A DNA stretch of 64,000 bases from the NCBI RefSeq assembly GCF_009914755.1, contig NC_060926.1. One strand, given 5' to 3'. The stretch comes from the human T2T-CHM13v2.0 reference genome, Homo sapiens. Below, piece by piece: positions 33,850 through 47,719 of this stretch (positions are counted from its first letter, which is position 1; each line of letters begins with the position of its first letter). Made by a program: the position numbers and the translations under genes. The notes beneath the pieces are model-generated. The model did no database searches. It saw only the letters and a list, made by a program, of their open reading frames with translations, and had not been told where the DNA came from.

Positions 33850-36800
33850 ATGCCTGCCTGGGAAACTGAACAATGACCTATGTAATAGCTAAATGAGCTC
33901 ATAAAATATCATATCATAAGTAAAATTCTCAGTGGAAGGGGTGGAATATAAAAGTGAGAAAATCTCTTCAAAAATAGAACATAAAGAGAAGGGAAAAGAT
34001 TTTTTAAAATTCAAGATTGTCCCCAAAGTTTCAACATTCAAAGCAGGTATTCTGTAAAGACAATAGAGAAGGCAAAAAAGAAAGAACCAAAGGACTAGTA
34101 TAGGAATAAATTTCAGAACTGAAAGATGTGAGTTTTCATACTAAAAGGGACTACCATGTACATAAAAATACACACCGAGGCACATGACCTTGACATTTTA
34201 AAACTGATTTGAAAAGAGATTCTAACAGCTTCCAAAAAGAAAACATACATTCCATATAAAGAAATGGAAATGAGACTGGCATCAGACTTCTCAAAAGTGA
34301 TAAACAGAGTTAGAAACCAAAGGAGTAATACCTTAGAATTCTGAGAGAAAATTATTTCACTAAAACAAGGGAGTTTATTTAAGTTACAAAAGAAGGAAAG
34401 AAAGAAAACATGGTGGGATTGAGGAAATGGAGGGGGCCAACACAGGAAATGGGAAACGAATTCTCACTGTGGCGGTGGTACACAAGGCCTAGAACCCATT
34501 CAGTTTGAAGCCTGCAAGGAAAAAGTCGAATTTGTAGGATACCTTATGTGATTGACTATACTTAGAGGAGGTTTTCAGTTCTATTTGCAGCTATGAGGAT
34601 GAAGTAGGGATTGGCACATAGAAACTCAGAAAATGCAAAAACAAAGCGGTTATTAACTCTTCAGGAAAGCAGAAGTTTGTAATAGAAAATAAATGTAATT
34701 ACAGTATACTAGCTGGCTTAGCTGTGAATAATAATTATATAAACAATCATATGTAAATACTAAATATAAACTTAATTGAATATTGATTTAATCACTCAGA
34801 CCATTATTTATGTGACATATAAACACTGAATGTTAATATAGGGCTAAAACTTTTCAGAAGATAGGATGAAAGGATATATATGGGTAGGAGGGTTTTATAA
34901 TGAGATAAATCCATAGATCTTAGTATATAGTATAAGAATAAATCCCAGAACTGAAAGATGTGAGATTGTAATTGATCTTAGAAGGAAATCAATAGATAAT
35001 TTCTGGAACATAAAATGATATGGTAGTATAAAGCATGTTATTAGGAAATAAGGATATTGATCCTAGAATAAATGGCTAAAGAAGTTGAAAATGGTAGCCT
35101 TTAGAAATTGGGGATCTGTAGTGGATAGGAGAGGGAACTGCTGACTTTTCTTGTAAGCCTCGTGAAACTATTTGACTTTTAAAACATATACATTGTTATT
35201 TTTATTAAATCAGAATTTATATTGTCCTTCACCTCAAAAAAGTAAGAAGAAAAAAATACATTTGGCAAATACTGACTAAAGAAAAGCTAGTGTTGATATG
35301 GACAAAATATAATTCCAGGACAAAAAAAAAAAAATTAAAGGTAGATACAAGAGTTTATCTCATAGTAATAAAAGGGTCAAATATACCAGGAAAGATAAAA
35401 TTGTGAGCTTATATGTATATTCTCAAATATATTCAGGAAAAATTACAGGAATGTGTAGGTAAATTCAACAGTACATTTCAGAAATGTGAAAGACCAGGAA
35501 ATAGAGAAAGTAGGGCTGAGCGTGGTGGCTCATACCTGAAATCCCAGCAGTTTGGGGGGCCAAGGCGGGTGGATCACGAGGTCAGGAGATCGAGACCATC
35601 CTGGCTAACACGGTGAAACCCCGTCTCTACTAAAAATACAAAAAAAAAAAAAATTAGCCGGGCGTGGTGGCGGGCGCCTGTAGTCCCAGCTACTCAGGAG
35701 GCTGATGTAGGAGAATGGCATGAACCTGGGAGGCGGAGCTTGCAGTGAGCCAAGATCACGCCACTGCACTCCAGCCTGTCGTATTTAAAATCAGGTGTTA
35801 CCCTCAGCATGGGGGAGATGGAAGGAAGAATGAGGGGAGCGTGTAAGTTTCTAGCCAGATTTTATTTCCTAACCTGGGTAAGGTTATATACACTTGCTTT
35901 TTGTAATTCACTGAACTCTTTATGTGCACGTTTTCCCCCATATTTTCCACTGTACAATTAAAAAGATATTTTAAAAAGCAATATGGTACTTAGAAATGAA
36001 TCTAAAAGGGTCTGTAAGATAAACAATACGGTACTTAGGAATGAATCTTAAAGGGCATGTAAAACTATTTTAAGAGAAAATTATAAAACTACATTGAAAT
36101 ATATTAAGACCTAAATAGTTGGAAAATTACACAATTGTAATAATAAAGATGTCACTAAATTAATTTCTAAATTAAATGCATTGCTACTCAGAATTCCAGT
36201 AGGATTTTTCGTGGAACTTGACAGGCTGATTCTAAAATATTTATGGAAAATCAAAAAACGTATATTTAAAGAATAAGATAAGGGATCTTGCCATACCAGA
36301 CATCAAGACTTATTACATGTGTAGCTTATTTAAGACATCATTTACAAAGGAATAAACAGAAAGAAAAATGAAACAGAATGGTGACCCAGAAACATATCCA
36401 TGAATGTGGAAACCTAACATACACAGAGATGGCATAACAATCTGTGGAGAAAGGATGAAGAGGAACTATTCAATAGAGTTTGAACCAATGAATATATATC
36501 TGGAAAAAATAAAATCAGATAAATCACTGCCACACACTAAACAGAAATGTATAGTATACCAGGCATATTAAAAGTAAATGGGATAACTAAGTTTTTAGAA
36601 TTTAGATGGTCTGTCCTTATGACCATGTGATAATAAAAGATTTCTTAATCAGGACACGCAAAGCACCTACCCTAAAGGGAAAATATAATAAATATGCCAT
36701 TATTAAACTGAAAAACTTTTTGCCTAAACGATATCAAACAATTAAAAGACATGAAACAGCCTGGGAGAAGATATTTATAATGCACACCACCTGCAAAGAC

Positions 36801-37700
36801 ATTTCACAGGAATGTTCATTGCAGTGCTTTTCAAAATAGGAAATAGCCTTAAGTTGATCAACAGAGGTGTATTCGTATATATTAATACAGTAGAATAATA
36901 CATAACGTTCAGAATCAAAGACATATATTAATTGACTAACTCTCAAAATCATAATATTGAGTGAAAAAGTCATGGTGCGTAAAGGTACAGACAGTATTGT
37001 ACCCTTCGTATAAGGTTTAAAGAAACTTGCAAAACAATGCTGTACACTGTTGGTTAATATATGCAATGTGGTAAAGAATTACAAAACATCCTTGATATTG
37101 ATAAACTGTAAATTTGGTGTAAAGGCTGCTACTGAGAAGTGAGAATGGCATCATTGGGAACACTTTACACAAGAAACATTATATTTGTAATATTTTATTT
37201 CTTAAGCTCTATGGTAAATACTTGGGTGTTCATTTTGTTGCCTATATTTTTGGTATGCCTGAAATATTTTATTAACATTAAAACATTTTTTAATGATCTA
37301 AAAATTTCAGAAGACATTTAGAGAAAAGAGATTAGGAGGATTGAAGTAATAAGAAGTAAGAAAAATGTGTGAATTTAAAAGAGGTAGCAAGAGTTAACTG
37401 GTTCTTTGCATTTTTAGCAATCTCTATTGCCTTTCTGATTTCTTTGTTGAAAAATATACTTACAGATAAAAAAATCAAAAATGATCAAAAAAGTAGAAAA
37501 GAGAAATAGTATTAGACAAGTTTAAAAGGCTATAACTGCATGAAATTTTTAAAAAATTGTATGAGAATGCTGTATTTAAAATCTAGATGATAAAAGTGCT
37601 TTTCTTGGATTATATGAAATATAAAAATTGACTCCATAAGTGGTAAAAACTTTGAATAGGCCAAAGAACTTGAAAGCATTGTTCACATCTTTTTTCCTTT
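33850..37700 (+). mobile_element. Highly degenerate L1ME-type ORF1/ORF2/3' fragments
   Basis: gagactggcatcagacttctc (ORF1), gaacttgacaggctgattctaaaat, gcctgggagaagatattt (ORF2). Confidence 0.6.
35513..35778 (+). mobile_element. AluY, 3'-truncated, no poly-A tail
   Basis: AluY diagnostics; ends abruptly at ccagcctg|tcgtat. Confidence 0.9.
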
Positions 37701-37789
37701 GAAAAAACATACCTGATCTTTCCTTTTTTTTTTTGTTTTTTTTTTTACTGTTGCATCAAACCATCAAGGAACAGATTTTTTTTAGAATG

Positions 37790-38090
<301 letters not shown>

Positions 38091-38309
38091 TTTAGAATGT
38101 TATTTTATTTAAACTGTTGTTGTACACAGTAAAGTATGAAAAATTTTTCAATTCATGTCACAGTTTTTACACAGGTGGAGCCTAAGAGGTACTTTTTTCC
38201 TAATATGTAAATGGGTTTGGGGTTTTGTTTGTAATTGTGGGGGAGGATTACTTGTCTGTTGTGTTTATTATCTTTCCTTTTCTGAAATCAAATGATGTCG
38301 TTATTCCAG

Positions 38310-38444
38310 ATGCCTCAGTTCAAGTGCTAATCACTGGGGATGAGAACCTCTCAGACAAAAAACAGCAAGAGATTCACAGTACAAGGGCAGTGACTGAGGC
38401 TGCCCAGGCTAAAGAAAAAGAATCTTTGCAGAAAGATACTGCAG
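38310..38444 (+). CDS. ALMS1: ALMS1 coding exon (exon 14), 135 nt, phase 1-1; DASVQVLITGDENLSDKKQQEIHSTRAVTEAAQAKEKESLQKDTA
   Basis: Acceptor gttattccag| is the first AG after the pyrimidine tract; donor GCAG|gtagct; in frame. Confidence 0.9.
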
Positions 38445-38894
38445 GTAGCTAAACTGGATTGTCTGCGTATTATTTTCTTCTGGTCTTCTAAAATGAGACT
38501 ATTCCCTTAAGAACAGAAACAGAAATATATTCTCTATTTTCTTCTTGCTGTCTTCAGCTCTCTTCTATCTCATGTATATATGAAATAGTTAAGGTATGTT
38601 TAGCTATATTTTTTATATACTTTGGCAGGTAAAATTAACATATTTAAAGTTCTTTGTGATATTTCTGGAGGGTTTTGAATATAGTAAACAAATTAATCTA
38701 ATTTCCAGAAATTCATTTAATGGACTTTTTACCTCCGCTGATAAAATCTCTCAATTCTGTGAGACACGGACCCTCTAATACCATTTTTGTACATAATCCT
38801 TTATTTAGGAATTCAGCTTGTTTACTTCCTACCTATCAGTTACTTTACTTCAAAGGGATTATGCTGATTTAAATAACCCTAATAGTGTATTTAC

Positions 38895-39353
38895 GTTAGG
38901 ATTAGTTTTGACTCAGAGAGGAAAACAAAAGCAAAATAACATAGGCTTGAAGAAGACAGAAAACTCTTTCTCTTTTTTGTAAAACTCCAGAGGTAAGCAT
39001 CCAGAGTTGACCTGGTACTCCAGAGTATCGGAACAAAGCTGTTGCTCTCTTGTTACTCTAACATTTTTGGCCTTCATTCTTAAGCTGTAGCCATCAGCCC
39101 ATATTGCAACCAGCAGGAAGAAAGGAAAGGAAAAAGCACATTCCTTCCTTTAAGGATACTTCTGAGAAGCTATATATACCATTCCTTTTGCATTCTATTG
39201 GCCAGACTTAGACACATGGTCACATGTACCAGGGAAGCTGGGAAATTGAGTTGTTATTCTAATAACAATGTGCCCAGCTAAAGTTAGGGTTCTGTTTAGA
39301 GGAAAAGGAAAGTGGATATTAGAGGACAGATAGTATTGATAGTTTCTGCCACA
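38895..39353. mobile_element. Old MLT1-type LTR between exons 14 and 15
   Basis: gttaggattagttttgact...attggccagacttagacacatggtcac...gggaagctgggaaattgag...tttctgccaca. Confidence 0.6.
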
Positions 39354-39479
39354 ATTGTAAACTAAAACATTTTAGAACATGATTAGCTGCTTCTCTTCTT
39401 TAGGTATTGCTTGTTTAAAAAGGTTAGATTGTATTCTGGGCAACACTTCTGAATTTTACCCCATTTTACTATTACTAAA

Positions 39480-40005
39480 TGAATGTTCCAAAAACAGTTT
39501 TGATCATGTTAATCTCCTAATCAAAAACTTTAGTGTTTCATTGCCTGTAAGGATAAAATCTAAACTCTTTTAGCACTGTCTTCTAGAACTGTAGAGTCCA
39601 CTCTCAAACAACTTTCTAACACTAGTTCTCACCTCTTTTCCTTATAAATTCTATAATCAAATGCTATATACTTGCTCTGTTTCTTAGATGCTAAGTTACT
39701 TTCCTGACACCATTCTTGTGTTATGTAGTCACCTTTTTTTTCCATCTTAATGTGTATCCCATCTTAGCTCTCTTCTAATGCCAAAATCAGTTGTCTAGAG
39801 TTCTATGGTACTCCCACCTGCAATTAGTTTTTCTTTCTTTGAATACCGCTACCTCTTTTTCTGACTGTTTCTTACAGTATATCTGTTTACGTATGTGATT
39901 TTTTGCCCCAATTTTCAATTATTTTCTAAACGCATTTCTGAGTCATCTTTTTTCTTCAATATCAGTAACAAAGCCTTTCACATAATACGTACTTGAGAGA
40001 CATTT
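39480..40005 (+). mobile_element. Degenerate L2 3' portion upstream of exon 15
   Basis: tgatcatgttaatctcctaatcaaaaactttagtg...ggataaaatctaaactcttttagc. Confidence 0.55.
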
Positions 40006-40061
40006 AAAAATCTTTTATGTCAAGTTCCTGTCTGTATAGTGTGTTAATTTCCCTTTCGTAG

Positions 40062-40232
40062 ATTCCAGTGCTGCTGCTGCTGCAGAGCACTCAGCTCAAG
40101 TAGGAGACCCAGAAATGAAGAACTTGCCAGACACTAAAGCCATTACACAGAAAGAGGAGATCCATAGGAAGAAGACAGTTCCCGAGGAAGCCTGGCCAAA
40201 CAATAAAGAATCCCTACAGATCAATATTGAAG
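40062..40232 (+). CDS. ALMS1: ALMS1 coding exon (exon 15), 171 nt, phase 1-1; DSSAAAAAEHSAQVGDPEMKNLPDTKAITQKEEIHRKKTVPEEAWPNNKESLQINIE
   Basis: Acceptor aatttccctttcgtag|; donor GAAG|gtaatg; translated by hand (absent from the ORF track), no stop in frame. Confidence 0.93.
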
Positions 40233-40819
40233 GTAATGGGATTGGGTTGTGTATGAGTGTGTGTGTCTTTGTGTGTATGTGAGGGTCAGTGTTAGTGTTT
40301 CCATTTCATTCTGATGAGAATATAGCCTCATGATTAAACAAAAATTCCTTTTCTTTTTTTAAAACTTTCTTGTGTAAAGTACTTTGATGCTACTATTAGG
40401 TTACTATATATATATATAGATTTCCAAAAAGTAATTGTTACTTTTTGGAAAAGATATTAGCAACTTAGAAACAGGATTATAAATAAATACCTAAGGCTGA
40501 TAGTTTTAGAAGTGAAGTATCTTGTCTCAGTCCCCAGAGACAACCTTAAAGGCCTTCCAGAAGACTATAGCAAAGATAGTGAGACCATCAATACAAACTT
40601 TTAAAAAATTACAATAAAATCACATTTATTTTTGTTTGTCCATGGGTCTCTTTTTCTGACATAAAAGCGTATAGAACACAAGACATTACTACCTAGCCAT
40701 CAAGCTTTACCTCTTAGAGGAAGATGGAACAGCCTACATAAGGAGAGAAAAGAGTCAAGGAGCTAAACTACCCATACTGGATTTTGGAAATAGTCTGGGT
40801 TCAACTGCTTACATCAAGA

Positions 40820-42845
40820 ATATACAAAATAAATGATTTTTTGACAATAGCCAAGACTACACAATGGGGAAAGGATAGTCTCTTCAACAAATGGTGTTGG
40901 GAAAACTAGATATCCACATTTAAAAGAATAAAGGTGGACCTTTTCTTTACACCACATACAAAAGTTAACTCAAAAAGGGTTAGTGACATACATGTAAGAC
41001 CTTAAAACCATAAAACTCCCAGAAGAAAACATAAGGGGAACACTTCAGGACATTGAACTTGGCAGTGATTTCTCAGATGTGACACCAAAAACACAGACAA
41101 CAAAAGCAAAAATAGACCAATGAAACTACATCAAACTTGAAAACTTCTGCATGACAAAGTAGACAAGAGTGTGAATAGGCATTCTACAGAATGAGAGAAG
41201 ATATTTGCAAATCATGGATCTGATAAGGGATTAGTATTCAGAATATATAAAGAACTTATGCAACTCAATAGCAAGAAAAACCCAAACAACTTATTTTTAA
41301 AAACACGTAACTTATTTTAAAATGAGCAAAGGACTTGAATAGACAATAGAAGATATACAAATGCCATATCAAGCATATAAAAAGATGCCCAATCTCTCTA
41401 ATCATAAGAGAGATGCAAATCAAAACCACAATGAGATATCACTCACACCTGTTAGGATGACCACTATCAAAAGAAAAAATAGCAAATGTTCGTGAGGATG
41501 CAAGGAAATTGAAACCCTTGTTCACCATTGGTGGGAATGTAAAATGATGTAGCTATTATGGAAAATATTATGGAGGTTCCTCAGAATAATAAAAAAGAAT
41601 TAGTATATGATCCCGCAATCCCACTGCCACTGCTGGGCATATAACCTAAAGAATTCAAAACAGGACTTCAAAAAGCTACCTGTATACTCATGTTTATTGC
41701 AGCGTTATTTATAATCAAGAGGTGGAAGCAACCCACATGTCCATCAACAGATGAATGTATTAAGAAAATGGGAATTATTTGTCAATAAAGAAAGCATGTT
41801 ACATACATATTTGTATTGTGCAGCCTTAAGAAAGAAGGAAATCCTATCACATACTACAAGGTAGGTGAACCTCAAGAACATTATACTAAGTAAAATAAAT
41901 CAGTCACAAAAAGATAAATACCATATGGTTTCTCGCAAATGTTGAGGGATTTAGGAGGATGAGAGAGACCTTGGGTTTAAACAGGAGAGTCTTTTATTGA
42001 GTGCACTCAGGCCCAGCAGACTCACGTCCAAAGGCTGGGCCCAGAACAAAGACAGCACTTGACTTTTATACACACTTCACAAAAGGGGATGGGCTAGCTT
42101 GAAGCAAGCTTACAGTGGCGTGAAAGCGGGAATACAGAAGCAGGACAAAGACAGTTAATCAAATTGTAACAGGTTCATAACTCAGGATTGCACATAACCG
42201 TTGCTATGCAACCCAGATGTCCATTATCTAGGTTTGTCTAGGCACGGGCTTATCCCATAACCTTCACTATGGTGCCCAGGCAGCTGTAGTTCAGGCCTAC
42301 TCAGGCTTCTCATGACCTTCATTGTACTTCTTAGATAAAACAGAATACTTGAAGTCACTAGTTACAGAGAACAGGAATCTATAAACTCATTCCATAAAAC
42401 AAAGGAAAATTTGTTTTTTCTTCTCCCTGTGTTGAAGGAGTGCTGGGAGAGTCTCCAGAGCACATTACATAATATTATCAAGACTTTTCCTGGGTCTGGG
42501 CTGTGCCTGTTGCTGCCTCTGGGACAAGTCAGCCTAATGCAGGAAAACTTATTTCTCTTTCTTTTTAATTTTATTTTTCTTTAATTTCCCACCTCAGTAT
42601 GAAATATCTAAAGTAGCTGAAATCATAGAAACAGAAAGTAGAATAGTGATTGCCCAGGCTTGTGAGAGGGTGGACAGAGAATTAGTGTTTAGTAGGTGTA
42701 GGGTTTCAGTGTTACAAGATGAAAGAGTTAGAGATTGTTGCACAACAATGTGAATATACTTAACACTACTGAACTGTACACTTAAAAATGGCTAAGGTGG
42801 TTAATTTAATGTCATACTATTTGTCACACACAAAAATAATACATA
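40820..42845 (+). mobile_element. L1MA/L1MB ORF2 end and 3' UTR, interrupted by an LTR
   Basis: caatggggaaaggatagtctcttcaacaaatggtgttggg; 3' end aacactactgaactgtacacttaaaaatgg. Confidence 0.8.
41940..42596 (-). mobile_element. ERV1-class solo LTR (~657 bp; possibly LTR4/HERV3 group)
   Basis: TG...CA termini; on the minus strand TATAAAA (42070-42064) followed by AATAAA (41998-41993); interrupts the L1 3' UTR. Confidence 0.7.
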
Positions 42846-43231
42846 AGATGAAGAAATATAACATTGCAACTTTGCAGGGGTTAGTGTGGGAGACATAGCT
42901 TGCAAAAGAAAGATGGAAATATAATCTGTAAAAGCATACTCTAGAAGATAAGAAAAATTTTTCTAAATGTTTTACACTCTGAATAATTTTAGAAGACATG
43001 AAGTATATGAAATAAAAATTGATAGAATAATGAAATGAAAAGGGAGATTTAGGGGATAGAACAAAATGAAATGAAAAAAAAGTACCAATTAGAAGAAAGA
43101 GATGAAAGCAATTAAAAAAAAATGATGGAATTTGAAGGCTGACAGTGAAAATCCAACACAATGATATCTGTTGTTGCCTCTAAAGAAGATAATAGAAAAA
43201 TAAAGATATAAGGAAGAATGGAACTTACAAT

Positions 43232-43420
43232 TGTATGTATGTATGTATGTATGTATGTATGTATGTATTTTTAGACATGGAGTCTCATTCTGTTGCCCAG
43301 GCTGGAGTGCAGTGGTGTGATCATAGCTAACTGTAGCCTCAAACTCCTGGGCTCAAGTGATCTTCCCACCTCAGCCTGTAGAGTAGCTGGGACTGTAGGC
43401 ACATGCTACCACACCTGGCT
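43232..43420 (-). mobile_element. Alu monomer (FLAM/AluJ half) with a (TATG)n microsatellite tail
   Basis: (TATG)~9 then reverse monomer. Confidence 0.8.
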
Positions 43421-43655
43421 TGAACCTGTAATTTAAAAGGACGTACCAAGTCCTAGGAAAATTTTGTATATAGTGTTCAATACTGAGATGTATGTTTGCG
43501 ATAGTACTGAACTTTAAAGAAAAAGAATGAATCATGCAGGCCTCCATACAGAAAAAAACAAGTAGAAAATGCTAAAAGACAGGGGGACAGGCAGAGGACA
43601 GGGAGGTTAAAGGAGGTATAAATGAGCAAACTTCACCTTTAAAGTTGTAAAATCA

Positions 43656-43991
<336 letters not shown>

Positions 43992-44529
43992 TTATAAAAT
44001 TTACCCCTAAAAGAGTTAAAATTAAACTATAAAACATCCAAAATATTTAGAAAAACAGGTTAGCTTGGAGGTAAAGGGAGGGAAAAAGAAAACAGTAAAT
44101 TTGTAACAAAAACAAAAAATTGCCATAAAATGAAAGACAGCAAAGCATGCAAGTCTATATATAAGTAAACTAAATTCACCTATATTAAAAAAAAAAAAAC
44201 TTCTTGGATTATATTAAAAAACAAACCCAGTTCCATGCTATATAACAAACATATCAAAAGTAAAATTACTGAGAAAGGTGGAAAGCAAAAAGAAAACTTA
44301 GAGATGTATCAAAAAGAAATTTGGGGACATTAATATAGATGAGGTTAAATTCACCAAAAGTTTTGCAGGAATTGAAGAGGTATATTTTTATACTGATTTG
44401 CAATCCACAATGAGGATATTTTGCATAAATCTTTAAACATCAAATAACTTAGCATAAAAAATTCATAAAACGAAAACCAGGAGCTCAATCAATAAGGAAA
44501 TTTATGTTGCCTTAAAAAAGAATGAAGGA

Positions 44530-44974
<445 letters not shown>

Positions 44975-45116
44975 TCAAAGAGAAATGGACAAATACAAAA
45001 TAATACTGGGGAGCTTGAACACACATAATTAGCTTATGACAGATCGTGGAGATGAAAATTTTTTTTGTAAGTGAAGTTTAAAAACACCTGGGAATAATAC
45101 AAGTAATGAGGTTGAT

Positions 45117-45160
45117 GTGGGGTGTGTGTGGCTGTGTGTGTGTGTCTGTGTGTGTGCATG
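45117..45160. repeat. Imperfect (TG)n microsatellite
   Basis: gtgtgtggctgtgtgtgtgtgtctgtgtgtgtgc. Confidence 0.85.
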
Positions 45161-45264
45161 CATGCATAAGCCTATATGGGTTAAACTTAAAAAAAAAAAC
45201 CCTTTCCAAAAGACCATAGAAAATTTTTTCATACAGCTTTATTCAGATATAATTTACCCATTTA

Positions 45265-45578
<314 letters not shown>

Positions 45579-46274
45579 TCAAACATGTAATTCAATGATT
45601 TTTACTGTATTCACAGATAAGTGCAATCAACCATCACCATAATCAATTTTAGAATATTTTCTTCACTTCAAAAAAGAAACCCTGAGACTTAAGCAAATAC
45701 TGATCCACTTTTTGTCTCAGTAGATTTCCCTATTCTGGACTTTCATACAAATGGGACCATTAAGTTGGGGACATAACATGAAACTTAGGGCCCGCCCATA
45801 ATGAAAAATGTTAAAGGAAATTCCCATGTAAAGTAGGCCTCCAGTGGGCTACACTCTTACTATAAGAATAAAAGATAAACACGTCCATGTAGAAGGGGAC
45901 AGTAAGAAAACTGCCTGTTTTAACCTTGATAATGAGTTTGGGGAAAGAAGACAAAATTTATCCTCAGAATTTATAACCACAAACTAGTGTTCACACAGAT
46001 TTACAGTCATTAATTTTGTACTGGTATAATTTATTAGTGCAGTAAACTACAGGTGTGTTCTGAAAAATCTCAAGCCGAGAATTTAACAATGGCAGTAGGT
46101 TGGTATTGCAGACTCACATGCCTTTCGGATGCAAATGCACATCTCTCTGAAGAAACTTCAACCCAGACCTAAAATACCCTAAATTCCCTAAAATACCAAG
46201 CTCATAGTCAAGGCACTATTAGTAGAAACAGTATCAACAACAAGAAACAGAAATGAGACCCACAATTACAAATG

Positions 46275-47265
46275 TCCAGGATTCCTTGGCAAAATGCCTG
46301 ATTCTCAGACTGGGACAGGAGATATATTAGATGAGCCTGAACCCTTTTGTGGTGCCAGAAAGTAAAGAAAAAAAAATGCACAGGGATGGGGAATATGTCA
46401 ATGGAACACAGGGACCAAGTAAAAAACTTCCCAGTGGCTAAAGCTGGGACAGTTTCTGTAGTATAGCAATAGTATTAGATCATAACCAAAGTATAAAATA
46501 AATACCTATGAGTCTGTACTGATAAAAGTAAATGATTTAATAAATAAATGGGGGGAAATGACAAATCTGTGCAGAATTCTAAATAATGTATGTAGATATT
46601 CCACCATCAGGGAGGTGGAACATAACTCCCACTCTTAACTAATGGGTTGCACATAGTAACTTAACTTCCTTCCAAAGAGTGTATTTTTATAGGAAGGGGG
46701 AAAAAGAATAACTATATAGTGAAGAATTCTGGCAAACACTGGCTCAGCCAGGTCATCAAGATCATCATCAATAGTGGTAAGTCATGTTGATAGTATGTAC
46801 CCTTAATATGTAATGAGAAATATATTTTAACTTTGAAATCTTCTTCCCAAAAACCCATAACCCCAGTCTAATGAGAAAAACATGAGACAAACTCAAATGA
46901 AGGACATTTATACTTGACCAGTACTTCTCAAAACTGTCAGAGTCATGAAAAACAAGGGATGCCTAAGAAATTCTCACAGACCTAAGAGAAGCCTAAGGAG
47001 ACATGATAATTAAATGTAATGTGGTGTCTTGGATAGAATCCTGGAACAGAAAAAGAACAGTATGTACAAAACAAGGCAACACAAAGTATGGCCTTTGGTT
47101 AATAATAATGTAACTTTATTGATTGATTCATGGTAATATATTGTATTAATGTAAGGTGTTAATAGGGGAAACTGGGTATGGGGTATAGGTAATCATCTGT
47201 ACTGTTGTCACCGTTTTTCTGTAAATCCAAATTATTCTAAAATTAAAAGTTTATTTTAAAAAATT
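46275..47265 (+). mobile_element. L1MC/L1MD-type 3' UTR
   Basis: gggaggtggaacataactcccactcttaa; taaatgtaatgtggtgtcttggatagaatcctggaacagaaaaag; ends ctaaaattaaaagtttatttt. Confidence 0.7.
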
Positions 47266-47279
47266 AATGCATTCTGACA

Positions 47280-47715
47280 TTAAAACAGGTGGATAGATAA
47301 ATGATAAATAAGAAATTTCATCTTCTTAAAGAAAACACTTTACAGCTTCTCTTTGGCATAACCAATTTGCTGGCGTTACTGCTCTTGCACTTTGGGGCCA
47401 TTACTAACTACAGTTAGGGTTACTTGAACACAGGCACTGCAGTATCATGACAGTCACCCTGATAACCCAGACAGCTATGAAGTGCCTAAGGGGCAGGTAG
47501 TGTAAATGTACGGACATGCTGGATAAAGGGAGGATTCACATCCTAGGGTGGGATGGAGCAGGATGACAAGAGATTTCATCATACTACTCACAACGACGTG
47601 CAATTTAAAAATCATGAATTGTTTCTGGAATTTTCCATTAAATATTTTTGGACCATGGTTGACTATGGGTAAATGAAACCTTAGAAAGCAAAACCACAGA
47701 TAAGGGGGACTACTG
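47280..47715. mobile_element. MER44/Tigger7-type DNA transposon fragment
   Basis: Terminal ...gaaagcaaaaccacagataagggggactactg|TA. Confidence 0.75.
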
Positions 47716-47719
47716 TATT

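Noticed and set aside
35977-36065. ~45-bp tandem duplication, plus similar short duplications at ~6190, ~41290, ~59965 and ~61375
   Set aside because: Ordinary slippage duplications within decayed L1; two or three copies, no spacers, not CRISPR-like.
40069-40084. (GCT)4GCA poly-alanine run in exon 15
   Set aside because: Only five codons; too short to be unstable.
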